Of a DNA stretch of 64,000 nt, positions 30,413 through 40,217 are shown in pieces. The DNA is from an uncultured Brevinematales bacterium (GTDB lineage: Bacteria; Spirochaetota; Brevinematia; Brevinematales; JAOACQ01), in NCBI GenBank assembly GCA_964533855.1, contig CAZHNM010000002.1, positions 16,862-80,861 of the forward strand. The letters run 5' to 3'. The notes beneath the pieces are model-generated. The model did not search any database. It saw nothing but the letters and a program-made list of their open reading frames with translations, and was not told the DNA's origin. Position numbers and translations under genes: made by a program. Within the stretch, counting starts at the first letter, position 1. Each line of letters begins with the position of its first letter.

Positions 30413-31090
30413 ATGAAAGTTAAAAACCCTGAAATAGACGTCGGGGGTAAAAAGTTTCTGAGGATACCTGTTAAAACCCATGTGATTACAAGGGATGACA
30501 GGATTGTAGACGTTGTAAAAAAATATGCGCTTCCTGAACTTAAAGAAAATGACATTGTTTTTATTAGTGAAAAAGCCGTGGCAATAACCCAGGGAAGGGC
30601 TTTTCCCGTGAAAGACATTAAACCGGGCTGGCTTGCCGTGTTTTTATCAGGGCATGTTACGAAAACGCCCAATGGAATAGGGCTTGGAATACCGGAAACG
30701 ATGGAAATGGCTTTAAAAGAATGCGGTGTAATAAGGATTCTAATAGCTGCCGCTATCGGTTTTGCAGGCAAGCTTCTCGGAAGAAAGGGTGATTTCTACA
30801 GGGTAGCCGGTTATAAAGCGTCTTCGATTGACGGTCCGACGCCCAATACGCTTCCGCCCTATAATACATATGTAGTGCTTGGCCCTGCCAGGCCGGATTC
30901 TGTTGCAAGCGAAATTGCAGGTGCGATAAAAGAACGTACTGTTATAGCCGATCTTAACGACCTCGGCGGTAAAATCCTCGGAAGATCCGACAGGTCGCTC
31001 GACAAATACTGGCTTTTATCGGTCCTGAGGGATAACCCGCTTGGGCAGAGTTCCGAGCAGACCCCTATAGGAATTATCAGAGAAATTTAG
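30413..31090 (+). CDS. CofE-like (F420-0:gamma-glutamyl ligase fold) protein embedded in the V-ATPase operon
   Basis: 225 aa. By eye it aligns to archaeal CofE, which I am quoting from memory. NDIVFISEKAVAITQGRAFPVKDIKP aligns with GDVLVVCSTVISKAEGRIRRLEEFNP. ASSIDGP aligns with NAGIDAS, VIADLND with IITDTNG, and TPIGIIRE with IPAVVVRG. Confidence 0.5.
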   Translation: MKVKNPEIDVGGKKFLRIPVKTHVITRDDRIVDVVKKYALPELKENDIVFISEKAVAITQGRAFPVKDIKPGWLAVFLSGHVTKTPNGIGLGIPETMEMALKECGVIRILIAAAIGFAGKLLGRKGDFYRVAGYKASSIDGPTPNTLPPYNTYVVLGPARPDSVASEIAGAIKERTVIADLNDLGGKILGRSDRSLDKYWLLSVLRDNPLGQSSEQTPIGIIREI

Positions 31091-31117
31091 TCCCGAAGAA
31101 TTGTTTAGAGGAATATT

Positions 31118-32896
31118 ATGGATAGTAAAAAAGCGGGTGTAATTTTAAAAATCAACGGTCCCATTATTCATGCAAAGCTAACCGATATGCTGCAGATGAT
31201 GGAGCTTGTCGAAGTATCGGATTATCATCTTATAGCGGAAGTGCTCAGCATACGCGGTGATATAGCGATTATCCAGGTTTATGAGGATACCAGCGATATC
31301 AAGCCGGGAGATCCGGTATACAGCACAGGTCTTCCTCTGTCAGTAGACCTAGGGCCGGGGATTATCGGAAATATTTTCGACGGCATACAGAGACCGCTTG
31401 AGGAAATTGAAAAAAGATCCGGGATTTATATCGGCAGGGGTATAAATGTCCCTTCCCTCGACAGGGAGAAAAAGTGGCATTTCCAGCCCAGGGTTGCAGA
31501 AGGCGCAAGGCTGGCCGGGGGAGCAATAATCGGAACCGTCCAGGAAACGAGCGTTATCGAACACAGGATACTTATCAGGCCTGACGTTAAACCGGGTGTT
31601 CTTGTCAAAATGGTTCCCGAGGGGGAATATTCTCTTAACGATGTGATAGCCGTTTTAAAGACTGATGAAGATGAAGAAGTTGAAATAAAGCTTTACCACA
31701 GGTGGCCGGTAAAAGTTCCGAGGCCCGTAGTAGACAGGTCGAAACCCGTTATACCTCTCATAACGGGGCAGAGGATCGTCGACATGTTTTTCCCTATAAC
31801 AAAGGGGGGTACGGCAGGAATACCGGGAGGTTTCGGTACCGGGAAGACCATAACCCAGCACCAGCTTGCTAAATGGGCCGACGCCCAGGTTATTGTCTAT
31901 ATCGGATGCGGTGAAAGGGGAAACGAGATGACGGAAGTGCTCGAAGACTTCCCGAAGCTTATAGACCCGAGAACCGGCAAACCCTTGATGGAAAGGACTA
32001 TTCTTATTGCTAATACATCCAATATGCCTGTAACAGCCAGGGAAGCATCCATTTATACAGGTATTACACTGGGCGAGTATTACAGGGATATGGGTTACGA
32101 TGTCGCTATCATGGCTGATTCGACTTCCCGCTGGGCGGAAGCCCTCAGGGAACTTTCCGGAAGACTCGAAGAAATGCCGGCCGAAGAAGGATTTCCCGCA
32201 TACCTCGGCTCGAGGCTTGCCGCGTTTTACGAGAGGGCGGGATATGTCAAAACCAAATCCGGATCTTTCGGCTCAATCAGCGTTATAGGCGCGGTTTCTC
32301 CTCCGGGAGGTGATTTCTCGGAGCCTGTGACGCAGAATACAAAGAGATTTGTGAGATGTTTCTGGGAGCTCGATAAAAACCTCGCGAGCAGCCGCCACTA
32401 TCCGGCTATAAACTGGATGAGAAGCTACAGCCAGTATGTCGATGACGTCCGCCCATGGTGGGATGAGCATGTCGCCACAGATTACCGTGAAGTCAGGATT
32501 AAAACTTTCGAAATCCTTCAAAAAGAGGACCAGCTGCAGAGGATAGTTAAATTGATAGGCCCGGATGCGCTGCCCGACAGCGAAAGGCTTTACCTTGAGG
32601 TCGCAAGGCTTATCAAACTCGGCTTCCTCCAGCAGGGAGCTTTCGATGAAATAGATACTTATTCAACACCCGAAAAACAGTTGAAAATATTGAGGATCTT
32701 TCTTAAATTCCTTGAAAGGGCTGAGGAGATCATCAAGCTCGGGGCGCCGATCCTGACTATAAGGGAAATGAAGTGCATACCGGATATGATCCGTATCAAG
32801 CTCACTGTTCCTAACAACAAGCTAAGCGATATCGACGATATAGAAAAGATAATGCATAAGGAATTCGATGTATTGAAGGAAGAGTATAAAGACTAA
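31118..32896 (+). CDS. atpA: V/A-type ATP synthase catalytic subunit A
   Basis: 592 aa with the Walker A GGFGTGKT. The sequence is typical of subunit A, including the non-homologous insert region and [14 protein letters not shown]. Confidence 0.95.
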   Translation: MDSKKAGVILKINGPIIHAKLTDMLQMMELVEVSDYHLIAEVLSIRGDIAIIQVYEDTSDIKPGDPVYSTGLPLSVDLGPGIIGNIFDGIQRPLEEIEKRSGIYIGRGINVPSLDREKKWHFQPRVAEGARLAGGAIIGTVQETSVIEHRILIRPDVKPGVLVKMVPEGEYSLNDVIAVLKTDEDEEVEIKLYHRWPVKVPRPVVDRSKPVIPLITGQRIVDMFFPITKGGTAGIPGGFGTGKTITQHQLAKWADAQVIVYIGCGERGNEMTEVLEDFPKLIDPRTGKPLMERTILIANTSNMPVTAREASIYTGITLGEYYRDMGYDVAIMADSTSRWAEALRELSGRLEEMPAEEGFPAYLGSRLAAFYERAGYVKTKSGSFGSISVIGAVSPPGGDFSEPVTQNTKRFVRCFWELDKNLASSRHYPAINWMRSYSQYVDDVRPWWDEHVATDYREVRIKTFEILQKEDQLQRIVKLIGPDALPDSERLYLEVARLIKLGFLQQGAFDEIDTYSTPEKQLKILRIFLKFLERAEEIIKLGAPILTIREMKCIPDMIRIKLTVPNNKLSDIDDIEKIMHKEFDVLKEEYKD

Positions 32897-32925
32897 TAGC
32901 CTCATTAAGTTCATTGGAGTTTAAA

Positions 32926-34320
32926 ATGGCCGTGGAAATGAGAAAAGAATATGTTGGAATTGCCGGCTTAAAAGGGCCTCTGGCAATAGTTGAAGGCATC
33001 AAGGGCATCGGTTATGACGAAATGGTCGAAATGAAGCTTCCGGACGGCTCCGTGAGAAACGGCAAAGTCCTGGAGTCATCGGACGATGCCGTTTTAATAC
33101 AGATATTCGAGGGTTCCAGCGGTATAAATCCTCGGAATGTAAGGGTGTCCTTCAAGGGCAAGCCTTTTGAAATAGGTCTGTCGGATAAAATACTCGGAAG
33201 GGTATTTAACGGCATGGGCAAGCAGATAGACGGGCTTGCAGAAATTATTCCCGATGTGATTAAAAATGCGAACGGGGAACCTCTCAACCCTGTTGTCAGA
33301 GCATACCCCCGCGAATATATAGAATCAGGTATAACGACAATAGATCTTATGAATACCCTCGTCCGGGGTCAAAAACTGCCTATATTTTCTGCGGCAGGTC
33401 TTCCCCATAATGAGTTAGCCGCCCAGATAGCCGCTCAGGCAAAACTTCCCGGTGAACAGTCCGGAAATTTTGCGGTTATTTTCGCCGCAATGGGTATCAA
33501 ACATGATGACGCTTTTTTCTTCAGAAGCAATTTTGAAGAAACGGGAGCCTTGAAAAACGTTGCAATGTTTTTAAATTTAGCAGACGATCCGCCTATAGAA
33601 AGGATCATTACCCCCAGAGTTGCCCTGACGGCAGCCGAATACCTGGCTTACGAAAAGGACATGCACGTTCTCGTCATCCTGACAGATATGACCAGTTATT
33701 GCGAAGCTCTCAGGGAGATCGCGAATGCAAGGGGTGAAGTTCCAGCCAGGAAAGGTTTTCCTGGATATATGTACAGCGACCTGTCAACTATTTATGAAAG
33801 GGCCGGAAGGGTCCAGAATAAAAAGGGCAGTATTACGCAGGTGCCGATCCTCACGATGCCTAACGACGATATAACGCACCCGGTGCCCGATCTGACCGGC
33901 TATATTACAGAGGGGCAGATAGTTTTAGGAAGAGATCTTAACGGAAAGGGAATATATCCTCCCGTCGATATTCTTCCTTCTCTTTCAAGGCTTATGAAGG
34001 ATAGTATCGGCAAAGGTTATACCAGGGATGATCATCCCCACCTTTTCATGCAGCTTTACGCAAGCTACGCCAGGGTTAAAGAGGTAAGGTCCATAGCGTC
34101 GATCGTAGGTGAAGAGGAACTCGGCGCAATTGAGCAGAGCTACCTCAAATTCGGAAACAGGTTCGAGCATGAATTTATAGGGCAGGGATTCAACGAAGAC
34201 AGATCTCTTGAACAAAGCCTGGCCCTCGGCTGGAAAATGCTGTCTCTTCTGCCTAAGACAGAACTGACAGGCCTGCGCGAGGAAGAAATCAAGATGTATT
34301 ATACAGAGGAAGAAAAGTAG
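32926..34320 (+). CDS. atpB: V/A-type ATP synthase subunit B
   Basis: About 464 aa with typical B-subunit sequence (ILTDMTSYCEALREI, GSITQVPILTMPNDDITHP). The ATG at 32926 follows TGGAG. The ORF track starts at TTG 32914. Confidence 0.95.
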   Translation: MAVEMRKEYVGIAGLKGPLAIVEGIKGIGYDEMVEMKLPDGSVRNGKVLESSDDAVLIQIFEGSSGINPRNVRVSFKGKPFEIGLSDKILGRVFNGMGKQIDGLAEIIPDVIKNANGEPLNPVVRAYPREYIESGITTIDLMNTLVRGQKLPIFSAAGLPHNELAAQIAAQAKLPGEQSGNFAVIFAAMGIKHDDAFFFRSNFEETGALKNVAMFLNLADDPPIERIITPRVALTAAEYLAYEKDMHVLVILTDMTSYCEALREIANARGEVPARKGFPGYMYSDLSTIYERAGRVQNKKGSITQVPILTMPNDDITHPVPDLTGYITEGQIVLGRDLNGKGIYPPVDILPSLSRLMKDSIGKGYTRDDHPHLFMQLYASYARVKEVRSIASIVGEEELGAIEQSYLKFGNRFEHEFIGQGFNEDRSLEQSLALGWKMLSLLPKTELTGLREEEIKMYYTEEEK

Positions 34321-34329
34321 GATAATTAT

Positions 34330-34965
34330 ATGAATATTTCCGAAGTAGCACCTACTAAAACAAACCTCCTGGATTTTAAATCGCAGCTGGGGTTTTCGAT
34401 AGACGGCCATGCACTGCTTGAAGAAAAGCGGGAAATTCTTGTCATGCAGCTTGTCGATATTGTCTCGAAAATCAAGGAAGTGAGGGAAAGCATCAATAAT
34501 CTTCTTGCCCGAAGTTATGAACTGCTTCAGATTGTTTCCCTTGAAATCGGAGAACTCGAATTAAGAAACATTTCCGATACGCAGAAAGAATTGCCGGAAA
34601 TTGAAATACATGAAAAAAGAGTAATGGGTGTAAGCATACCCTCGATAAAATATAAAGAAGAGATAAAAACTTCAGCAAGACCCGATATTTCCTTCTCTTC
34701 TTCCACGATAAATTTCGATATGCTGTCGAAGCAGGTCAAGGAAATTGTCAAGCTTATCATTGTTGTAGCGCAGGTTGAAGATTCGGCATGGAAACTTGCA
34801 TACGAGATAAAAAAAACTCAGAGGCGCGTCAACGCCCTCGAGAATATCTTTATACCTGAATTCAGGGAAATTATTAAATTTATCCAGGATACGCTCGAGG
34901 AAAGGGAAAGAGAAACATTTTTCCAGCTCAAGAGGATAAAAAACAATCAGGACGCTTCCGTTTAA
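34330..34965 (+). CDS. atpD: V/A-type ATP synthase subunit D (central stalk)
   Basis: 211 aa. The N-terminal PTKTNLLDFKSQLGFSIDGHALLEEKREIL pattern is typical of subunit D. Confidence 0.85.
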   Translation: MNISEVAPTKTNLLDFKSQLGFSIDGHALLEEKREILVMQLVDIVSKIKEVRESINNLLARSYELLQIVSLEIGELELRNISDTQKELPEIEIHEKRVMGVSIPSIKYKEEIKTSARPDISFSSSTINFDMLSKQVKEIVKLIIVVAQVEDSAWKLAYEIKKTQRRVNALENIFIPEFREIIKFIQDTLEERERETFFQLKRIKNNQDASV

Positions 34966-34983
34966 CTGGCGGGGAGGTTTACT

Positions 34984-35436
34984 ATGAGCAGAATTTATTT
35001 TCCTTTAACTGGCTCAGCAGAGAACAGGAAGGCTATCGCGAAAGTCATATCTTTTGCAGGGTCCTTTAATATGAAATTAACCGCAATTTCTGTCGTCAAC
35101 AATGAATTACTCTTTAAAATGGAAAGATATAAGATTTTCATTAAGGAAGAAACCACGATTATCAAAAATGGAATGACTAAAGACGCCGAGAATTATCTCA
35201 ACCATGTAAAAAAGCTCGGCAGCGAGGGAGGAGTCGAAGTAACTCCTGTTCTTCTCGAAGGCGACCCCTATTCCTGTATTATGGATTACATAAAGCACGA
35301 TAAGGAAGATAATAAGATCGTCTGCGTGGCAAAAAAATGCGGGGGAGAATTTTTAAAAGACATTTTTTCGGCAGTTGAAAGAAAAATACTGCTGAATACG
35401 ACTTTCGACACTTTTGTTATCGGGGAGAATGTATGA
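34984..35436 (+). CDS. universal stress protein (USP)-like protein embedded in the V-ATPase operon
   Basis: 150 aa with a GGGGAGG RBS. It has a USP-like layout: IYFPL start, GDPYSCIMDYIK, and a C-terminal FSAVERKILLNTTFDTFVIG resembling the USP GSV..VL....PVLVV tail. The ATP-binding G-x2-G-x9-GS motif looks degenerate. Confidence 0.5.
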   Translation: MSRIYFPLTGSAENRKAIAKVISFAGSFNMKLTAISVVNNELLFKMERYKIFIKEETTIIKNGMTKDAENYLNHVKKLGSEGGVEVTPVLLEGDPYSCIMDYIKHDKEDNKIVCVAKKCGGEFLKDIFSAVERKILLNTTFDTFVIGENV

Positions 35437-35741
35437 AGGAACTAATATCCGCCGTGCTCGACGCCGAGGAAAATCTGCAGAAGAAGGCAAAATCGGTTGA
35501 TGAAAAAATTCAGGACTTGAATATTCAGGCGGAAGGAAAAATAAGCCGGATGAACAATGAACTTGAAGATGAGATTATAAAGGAAAAGAATGAAAAAACC
35601 AATAGCCTCGATATTGAAATAAGGGTTTACAGCGATAAACTGCATAATGAAATAGAGCGCGATATGAAAGCAAAAACAGAAAAGCTGAATGCCAAGAAGC
35701 CTGCAATTTTCTCCAGGATTATTAATTCGATAATCGGTTAA
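35433..35741 (+). CDS. small coiled-coil protein, candidate V/A-ATPase peripheral-stalk subunit G/H
   Basis: 102 aa that looks almost entirely charged helix. It overlaps the upstream gene as ATGA. Its size and composition match the G (archaeal H) subunit, which is otherwise missing from the operon. Confidence 0.4.
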   Translation: MKELISAVLDAEENLQKKAKSVDEKIQDLNIQAEGKISRMNNELEDEIIKEKNEKTNSLDIEIRVYSDKLHNEIERDMKAKTEKLNAKKPAIFSRIINSIIG

Positions 35742-35758
35742 GACAAAAGAGGATAATT

Positions 35759-36763
35759 ATGTTTGGTGAAGAATACGCCTCGGTTTATCCGAAGGTTAAA
35801 AGCTGGGCCGGAACATTAGTGCTGACTAAGGATAAATGCTCCGAGATGCTTTCGATGAATTTAGCCGATTATAAGCAGTATCTAAAATCGCTGTCGAAAA
35901 AGATAAGTTTGAATACCGAAGATAATGTTCAGCTCGAAGGCCAGCTCAAGCAGGAAGGCTATTATTTTATCGAGAGTATAAGCCGTTATCTCATGGGTTA
36001 CACCAAAGATTTTGTAAACTACCTGGGTAAAATGCTCGAGATTGAGAACCTGAAATTAGTAACAAGGGCTCTGCTGAATAAGAGGCCCGTTAATTTCCTG
36101 TATAAACTAAAAAAAATGAGCCGTATCCAGATGGAATTTGTAAAGGATATCAAAACCCTCGAAGAATTCCATGAACTGCTCAGCGGCACTGAATATTACA
36201 GACTGGCAACGGACGCAATACCGAGGATAGAGAGCGAAAACACAACATTTTATTTTGAAATGAACCTCGATAATTACTATGCAAATAACATCAAAAAGAA
36301 GGTTTCAAAATTAGGGCCTGATGAGAAGCAGCAGGTTAAAAATATATTTTATTATTACATGAATGTAAACCGGCTGTTATGGATTTACAGAGCCAAATTC
36401 AATTATTCGATGTCTAATGAGGAAATAATAGCAATAGTCCCGAATATACAGGTGATCTTCAACAAGGCGCAGTACCAGGCCCTTCTAGACTCGGAAACCA
36501 AAGAGGATTATATCGAGAATTTAAAAAAATCCGGTTTCCTCGAGATTAGAAACCCGGATCATTTCGATCTTGAAAGGGAGATGCATTATCAGCTTCTGAT
36601 CAAGGGGAAGTCCTGTCTTTCGGGATACCCGTTCAGCCTCGGTGTTTTTCTCGGATTTTTCGTTTTGAATATAATACATGTGAAAAATCTTATTACTGTT
36701 TTAGAAGCAAAAAAACTTGATATTGATCCCGCTAGGGTTATGGATCTGCTGATTTATTATTAA
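35759..36763 (+). CDS. atpC: V/A-type ATP synthase subunit C (eukaryotic d / AC39 family)
   Basis: 334 aa with an AAGAGGA RBS. The EIENLKLVTRALLNKRP pattern recurs in the C/d family, and the gene sits in the operon. Confidence 0.6.
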   Translation: MFGEEYASVYPKVKSWAGTLVLTKDKCSEMLSMNLADYKQYLKSLSKKISLNTEDNVQLEGQLKQEGYYFIESISRYLMGYTKDFVNYLGKMLEIENLKLVTRALLNKRPVNFLYKLKKMSRIQMEFVKDIKTLEEFHELLSGTEYYRLATDAIPRIESENTTFYFEMNLDNYYANNIKKKVSKLGPDEKQQVKNIFYYYMNVNRLLWIYRAKFNYSMSNEEIIAIVPNIQVIFNKAQYQALLDSETKEDYIENLKKSGFLEIRNPDHFDLEREMHYQLLIKGKSCLSGYPFSLGVFLGFFVLNIIHVKNLITVLEAKKLDIDPARVMDLLIYY

Positions 36764-36773
36764 GGATTAACCG

Positions 36774-38729
36774 ATGTTTATAGCGCAGAGAATGAAGAAA
36801 ATCGACATGCTGATCGTGAAGAAGCTGGCCGATGAAGTATCCAGGGAAATTGTCAAATTCGGAGATTTCCAGTCTATTGAAATAAACGGTGAAAAAGCGA
36901 AAAGCCTGATGCTTTCAAAGAATGCCACCGATGCAGGCGTTGCGCGTTTTACAGATCTCGATAAAAGAATCAATTATCTCATGACAACCTTCGAAAGCAT
37001 AATGGAAAACATCGGATTGTGGAAAAACGAGGAGATCACGGAATCCGGGATGACTGATGTCGAAACCCTTGAAATAAATGTAAAGTCTATAGAAACAGAA
37101 TTGAATTTTCATAACAGCGACCTTGAAAGGCTCCGGAACGACCAGAAAGACGCTAAAATCAGGATCAAGAAAATCAATTACTTTTCAGAGCAGGATATAG
37201 ACTGGGCAAGGGCCGAAAATCTAAGGTTTTTCGATATCGGATTCGGAAGCATCCCCATGACCGGCTACGAAGGATTTGAAAGCGCAATGCAGACTCTTCC
37301 TTCAATTGTAGAAAAAATCGACACGGTAGGCGACGTAGTTATCGTGTTTTATATGGCTCCCGCTTCGATAAAAGACAAGGTCTTACAGATCCTGAAAAGC
37401 GTTTACTTCAAGGACTACGGGATTCCCAGGTCGACTGTCGAAGCCGGCAAGTCGGCACTTGTGCATTACGCGTTCGAATTATCGGCGGCTTATGATGAGG
37501 AATTATGGCAGGAAAAACAGTTTAAAAAAAGTGTTCTTGACTACAGGACCCTGCTGAAGACTCTTAAAAACAGCGCCCAGTATTATATTGCGATGGAGCG
37601 CCTGAAGGGTGAAATGGTTTATTCAGATAAAGTCTGCGTTTTTTCAGGATGGGTGCCTTCGAAGATTGTTCATAAATTAGAAAAGAAAATGGAGCAGGTT
37701 TCCGGGAATAGATGCGTATTTTTAGAGCAGAGCGCATCTAAAGTCATGGATGAAGAGGGCATGATGCCTCCTACAAAGTTCAATAATCCGTTCTTTATAA
37801 AACCTTTTGAAATGCTGACATCGACTTTCGGTACTCCGAATTACAGGGAAATCGATCCCACCCCCATAATGGCGGTGACTTTTATCCTCATGTATGGCGC
37901 CATGTTCGGGGACGCCGGCCAGGGCCTGGTCATCGTGCTTCTCGGCATTCTCGTGTTTTTGGTAAAGAAGCTCAAATCGTTCAGGGCGTTCGGGGCGATA
38001 TTGATCTATGCCGGGCTTTCCGCGTCGTTTTTCGGCGTTATGTACGGGGCTATATTCGGTTTTGAAAATGTTTTGAAACCTGTCTGGATAAATCCCATGG
38101 AACATATAAACGATATTCTAATGATTTCAGTGGGTTACGGCTCTTTGGTGATTTTATGCGCCATGCTGCTTAACATTATAAACAGCATAATGGAAAGAAA
38201 TTACGGCCGGCTTCTCTTTTCGACAAACGGTGCCGCAGGACTAGGATTTTACGGTTCTCTGATATTTGTGGCTTTGTGCGCTATTAGAGGAATTCATTAC
38301 CCGAATTATGTGTTTATAATAACAGGCGCCTGCGCCATTCTCATCGCACTGGAAAAGAACCTTGAAAGATGGTTTTTCGGCCATCATGGCAAGGGGGCGG
38401 ATGATGAAAAACCTAGCATCGGATTGGGTTTAATTGAAATGTATGAATCCATGATGGGTTTCCTCAGCAACACCATTTCTTATATCAGGGTAGGCGCCTT
38501 TGCGCTGAACCATATCGCCCTGATGAGCGTGGGTTTTATTTTTGCTTATTCCTCAAAAGAACCGGCCGTTCAATGGATCGTGCTTCTCCTATGGAATCTC
38601 TTTATTATTGGTTTCGAAGGATTCATAGTCTTCATACAGGTTATAAGGCTCGAATACTACGAATTCTTCACGCGCTTCTTCCGCGCGGACGGCAAGGCCT
38701 TCGAAGGAATAGGGATCTACAAACCGTAG
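36774..38729 (+). CDS. atpI: V/A-type ATP synthase subunit I (a)
   Basis: 651 aa with a soluble N-terminal half and a polytopic C-terminal half. It has SYIRVGAFALNH (essential Arg region) and RLEYYEFFTRFF. Confidence 0.85.
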   Translation: MFIAQRMKKIDMLIVKKLADEVSREIVKFGDFQSIEINGEKAKSLMLSKNATDAGVARFTDLDKRINYLMTTFESIMENIGLWKNEEITESGMTDVETLEINVKSIETELNFHNSDLERLRNDQKDAKIRIKKINYFSEQDIDWARAENLRFFDIGFGSIPMTGYEGFESAMQTLPSIVEKIDTVGDVVIVFYMAPASIKDKVLQILKSVYFKDYGIPRSTVEAGKSALVHYAFELSAAYDEELWQEKQFKKSVLDYRTLLKTLKNSAQYYIAMERLKGEMVYSDKVCVFSGWVPSKIVHKLEKKMEQVSGNRCVFLEQSASKVMDEEGMMPPTKFNNPFFIKPFEMLTSTFGTPNYREIDPTPIMAVTFILMYGAMFGDAGQGLVIVLLGILVFLVKKLKSFRAFGAILIYAGLSASFFGVMYGAIFGFENVLKPVWINPMEHINDILMISVGYGSLVILCAMLLNIINSIMERNYGRLLFSTNGAAGLGFYGSLIFVALCAIRGIHYPNYVFIITGACAILIALEKNLERWFFGHHGKGADDEKPSIGLGLIEMYESMMGFLSNTISYIRVGAFALNHIALMSVGFIFAYSSKEPAVQWIVLLLWNLFIIGFEGFIVFIQVIRLEYYEFFTRFFRADGKAFEGIGIYKP

Positions 38730-38882
38730 GTAACGAGGAACGAATTTAATGTACTCTCCTCTTCTCTGTGTTTCCCTGTGAAAATATCCCTGCTCTTTTT
38801 CTTTACATTGATGCTTCTCAATCGAGTATTAGGCGGGAGACGAACTTCCGCCTGCCGACTATTATGATAAAAGGACTCTGAG

Positions 38883-40214
38883 ATGCCGTATTTTGATAAA
38901 TATTACCAGAGAATGCCCGATGGAACAATAAAGCAGATAAATCCGTATAACGGTACGGAAGTATGGTGCGTTGAAGAAAGGAAAAGAGGGCCGATCCTGA
39001 ATGCCGTTCCCAGGAACCCTGTCCCTCTGAGGGTTTCAATACCTGAAAATTACTGTGATTTCTGCTGTTCAAAGTACGAGTTATGCACGCCTGAAAAGGC
39101 AAGGGTCGTCAGGGAAGCTGATGGAAAATGGAGAAAATACTACCGGGTAGAGTCTGAAAAACCTGGAGGATGTTCTGCGGATTTCAGGCTTGTCGGCAAT
39201 CTCTTTGAAATTGTGACATATGATTACTGGGCCAAGAATTATCATTATAAAATGAATAAAACGAACAGGGACTGGAAAGAAAAATATCTGAGCAGCCCTA
39301 AGGGCTATAATCATGCGATGAAGATGCTCGAAATAAAATTAAACAGGATGGGAGCCGATTTTTCTTCGATGCCTGAGGATGAAAAGATTGAAAAATTGAA
39401 TCCGTTCTTCGGCGGCTCTCATGACCTTATAATCGGGAAGCGCCATTACCGTGAAGGAGCGAAATTTACCCATGAGCTGTGCTCATCGGGAGAGATGACA
39501 GTCGAAGAACATTTCCAGTATATTCTTTTTACGGCTGAAAGCGTAAAAGATCTTTTCGATCAAAATCATTTTATCAGGTATATAATCGTGTTCCAGAACT
39601 GGCTCAGACCCGCCGGGGCTTCATTCGACCATCTTCACAAGCAGCTCGTAGGACTCGACGAATGGGGTGTCCAGATGGAAAGAGAAATGGCCGAGCTGAA
39701 CAGGAATCAGAACCTCTATAATGAATTTTCAATTAATTTCGGGATTTATCACTCAATGATACTTGCAGAAAATGATTATGCTATTGCCGTAACGGAGATA
39801 GGCCACCGTTTTCCGACAGTGGTGGTTTATTCAAAAAGCGAAACCAGCAGGCCTTTCGAGCAGACAAGGGAAGAGATAAAGGGAATGAGCGATCTTGTGC
39901 ATGCGGTCCATTGCGTTACGACAAGCCAGACAACATGCAATGAGGAGTGGTATTATTCTCCCTTCGACTCTGTTTACAGCATGCCATGGCGCATATGTAT
40001 CAAACTGCGAATACATACTCCGGCAGGATTCGAAGGAAACACCGAGATTTATATAAATCCTGTGCATCCCAGGAAGCTTGCCTCCGAACTGGCAAAACTT
40101 CTCGAAATAAAAAGGGATGAAGGTCTTATCTGCCCGGATATAAGAATCGGCGGAGAAGTGAAAAGGGAGCCGAATGTTTTGAAATACTACAAAAATAAAT
40201 TGAAGAGACTGTAG
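38883..40214 (+). CDS. GalT/HIT-superfamily nucleotidyltransferase-like protein (DUF4921-like)
   Basis: 443 aa with the FDHLHKQL (HxHxQ) active-site motif of galactose-1-phosphate uridylyltransferase-type enzymes. An N-terminal CDFCC motif could bind zinc. Confidence 0.55.
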   Translation: MPYFDKYYQRMPDGTIKQINPYNGTEVWCVEERKRGPILNAVPRNPVPLRVSIPENYCDFCCSKYELCTPEKARVVREADGKWRKYYRVESEKPGGCSADFRLVGNLFEIVTYDYWAKNYHYKMNKTNRDWKEKYLSSPKGYNHAMKMLEIKLNRMGADFSSMPEDEKIEKLNPFFGGSHDLIIGKRHYREGAKFTHELCSSGEMTVEEHFQYILFTAESVKDLFDQNHFIRYIIVFQNWLRPAGASFDHLHKQLVGLDEWGVQMEREMAELNRNQNLYNEFSINFGIYHSMILAENDYAIAVTEIGHRFPTVVVYSKSETSRPFEQTREEIKGMSDLVHAVHCVTTSQTTCNEEWYYSPFDSVYSMPWRICIKLRIHTPAGFEGNTEIYINPVHPRKLASELAKLLEIKRDEGLICPDIRIGGEVKREPNVLKYYKNKLKRL

Positions 40215-40217
40215 CGG

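Noticed and set aside
38831-38853. Hairpin AGGCGG-N11-CCGCCT after atpI, considered as an operon terminator or a third copy of the module.
   Set aside because: No T-tract follows it, and neither conserved arm of the module (CTTCTAATAACTGCCCC / CATTGGGCGGAATTATTAGAT) is present. It shares only a GGCGG core.
38818-39102. 94-aa minus-strand ORF overlapping the start of the GalT-like gene.
   Set aside because: It has no RBS, an odd composition, and overlaps a better-supported + strand gene that has an AAAGGA RBS.
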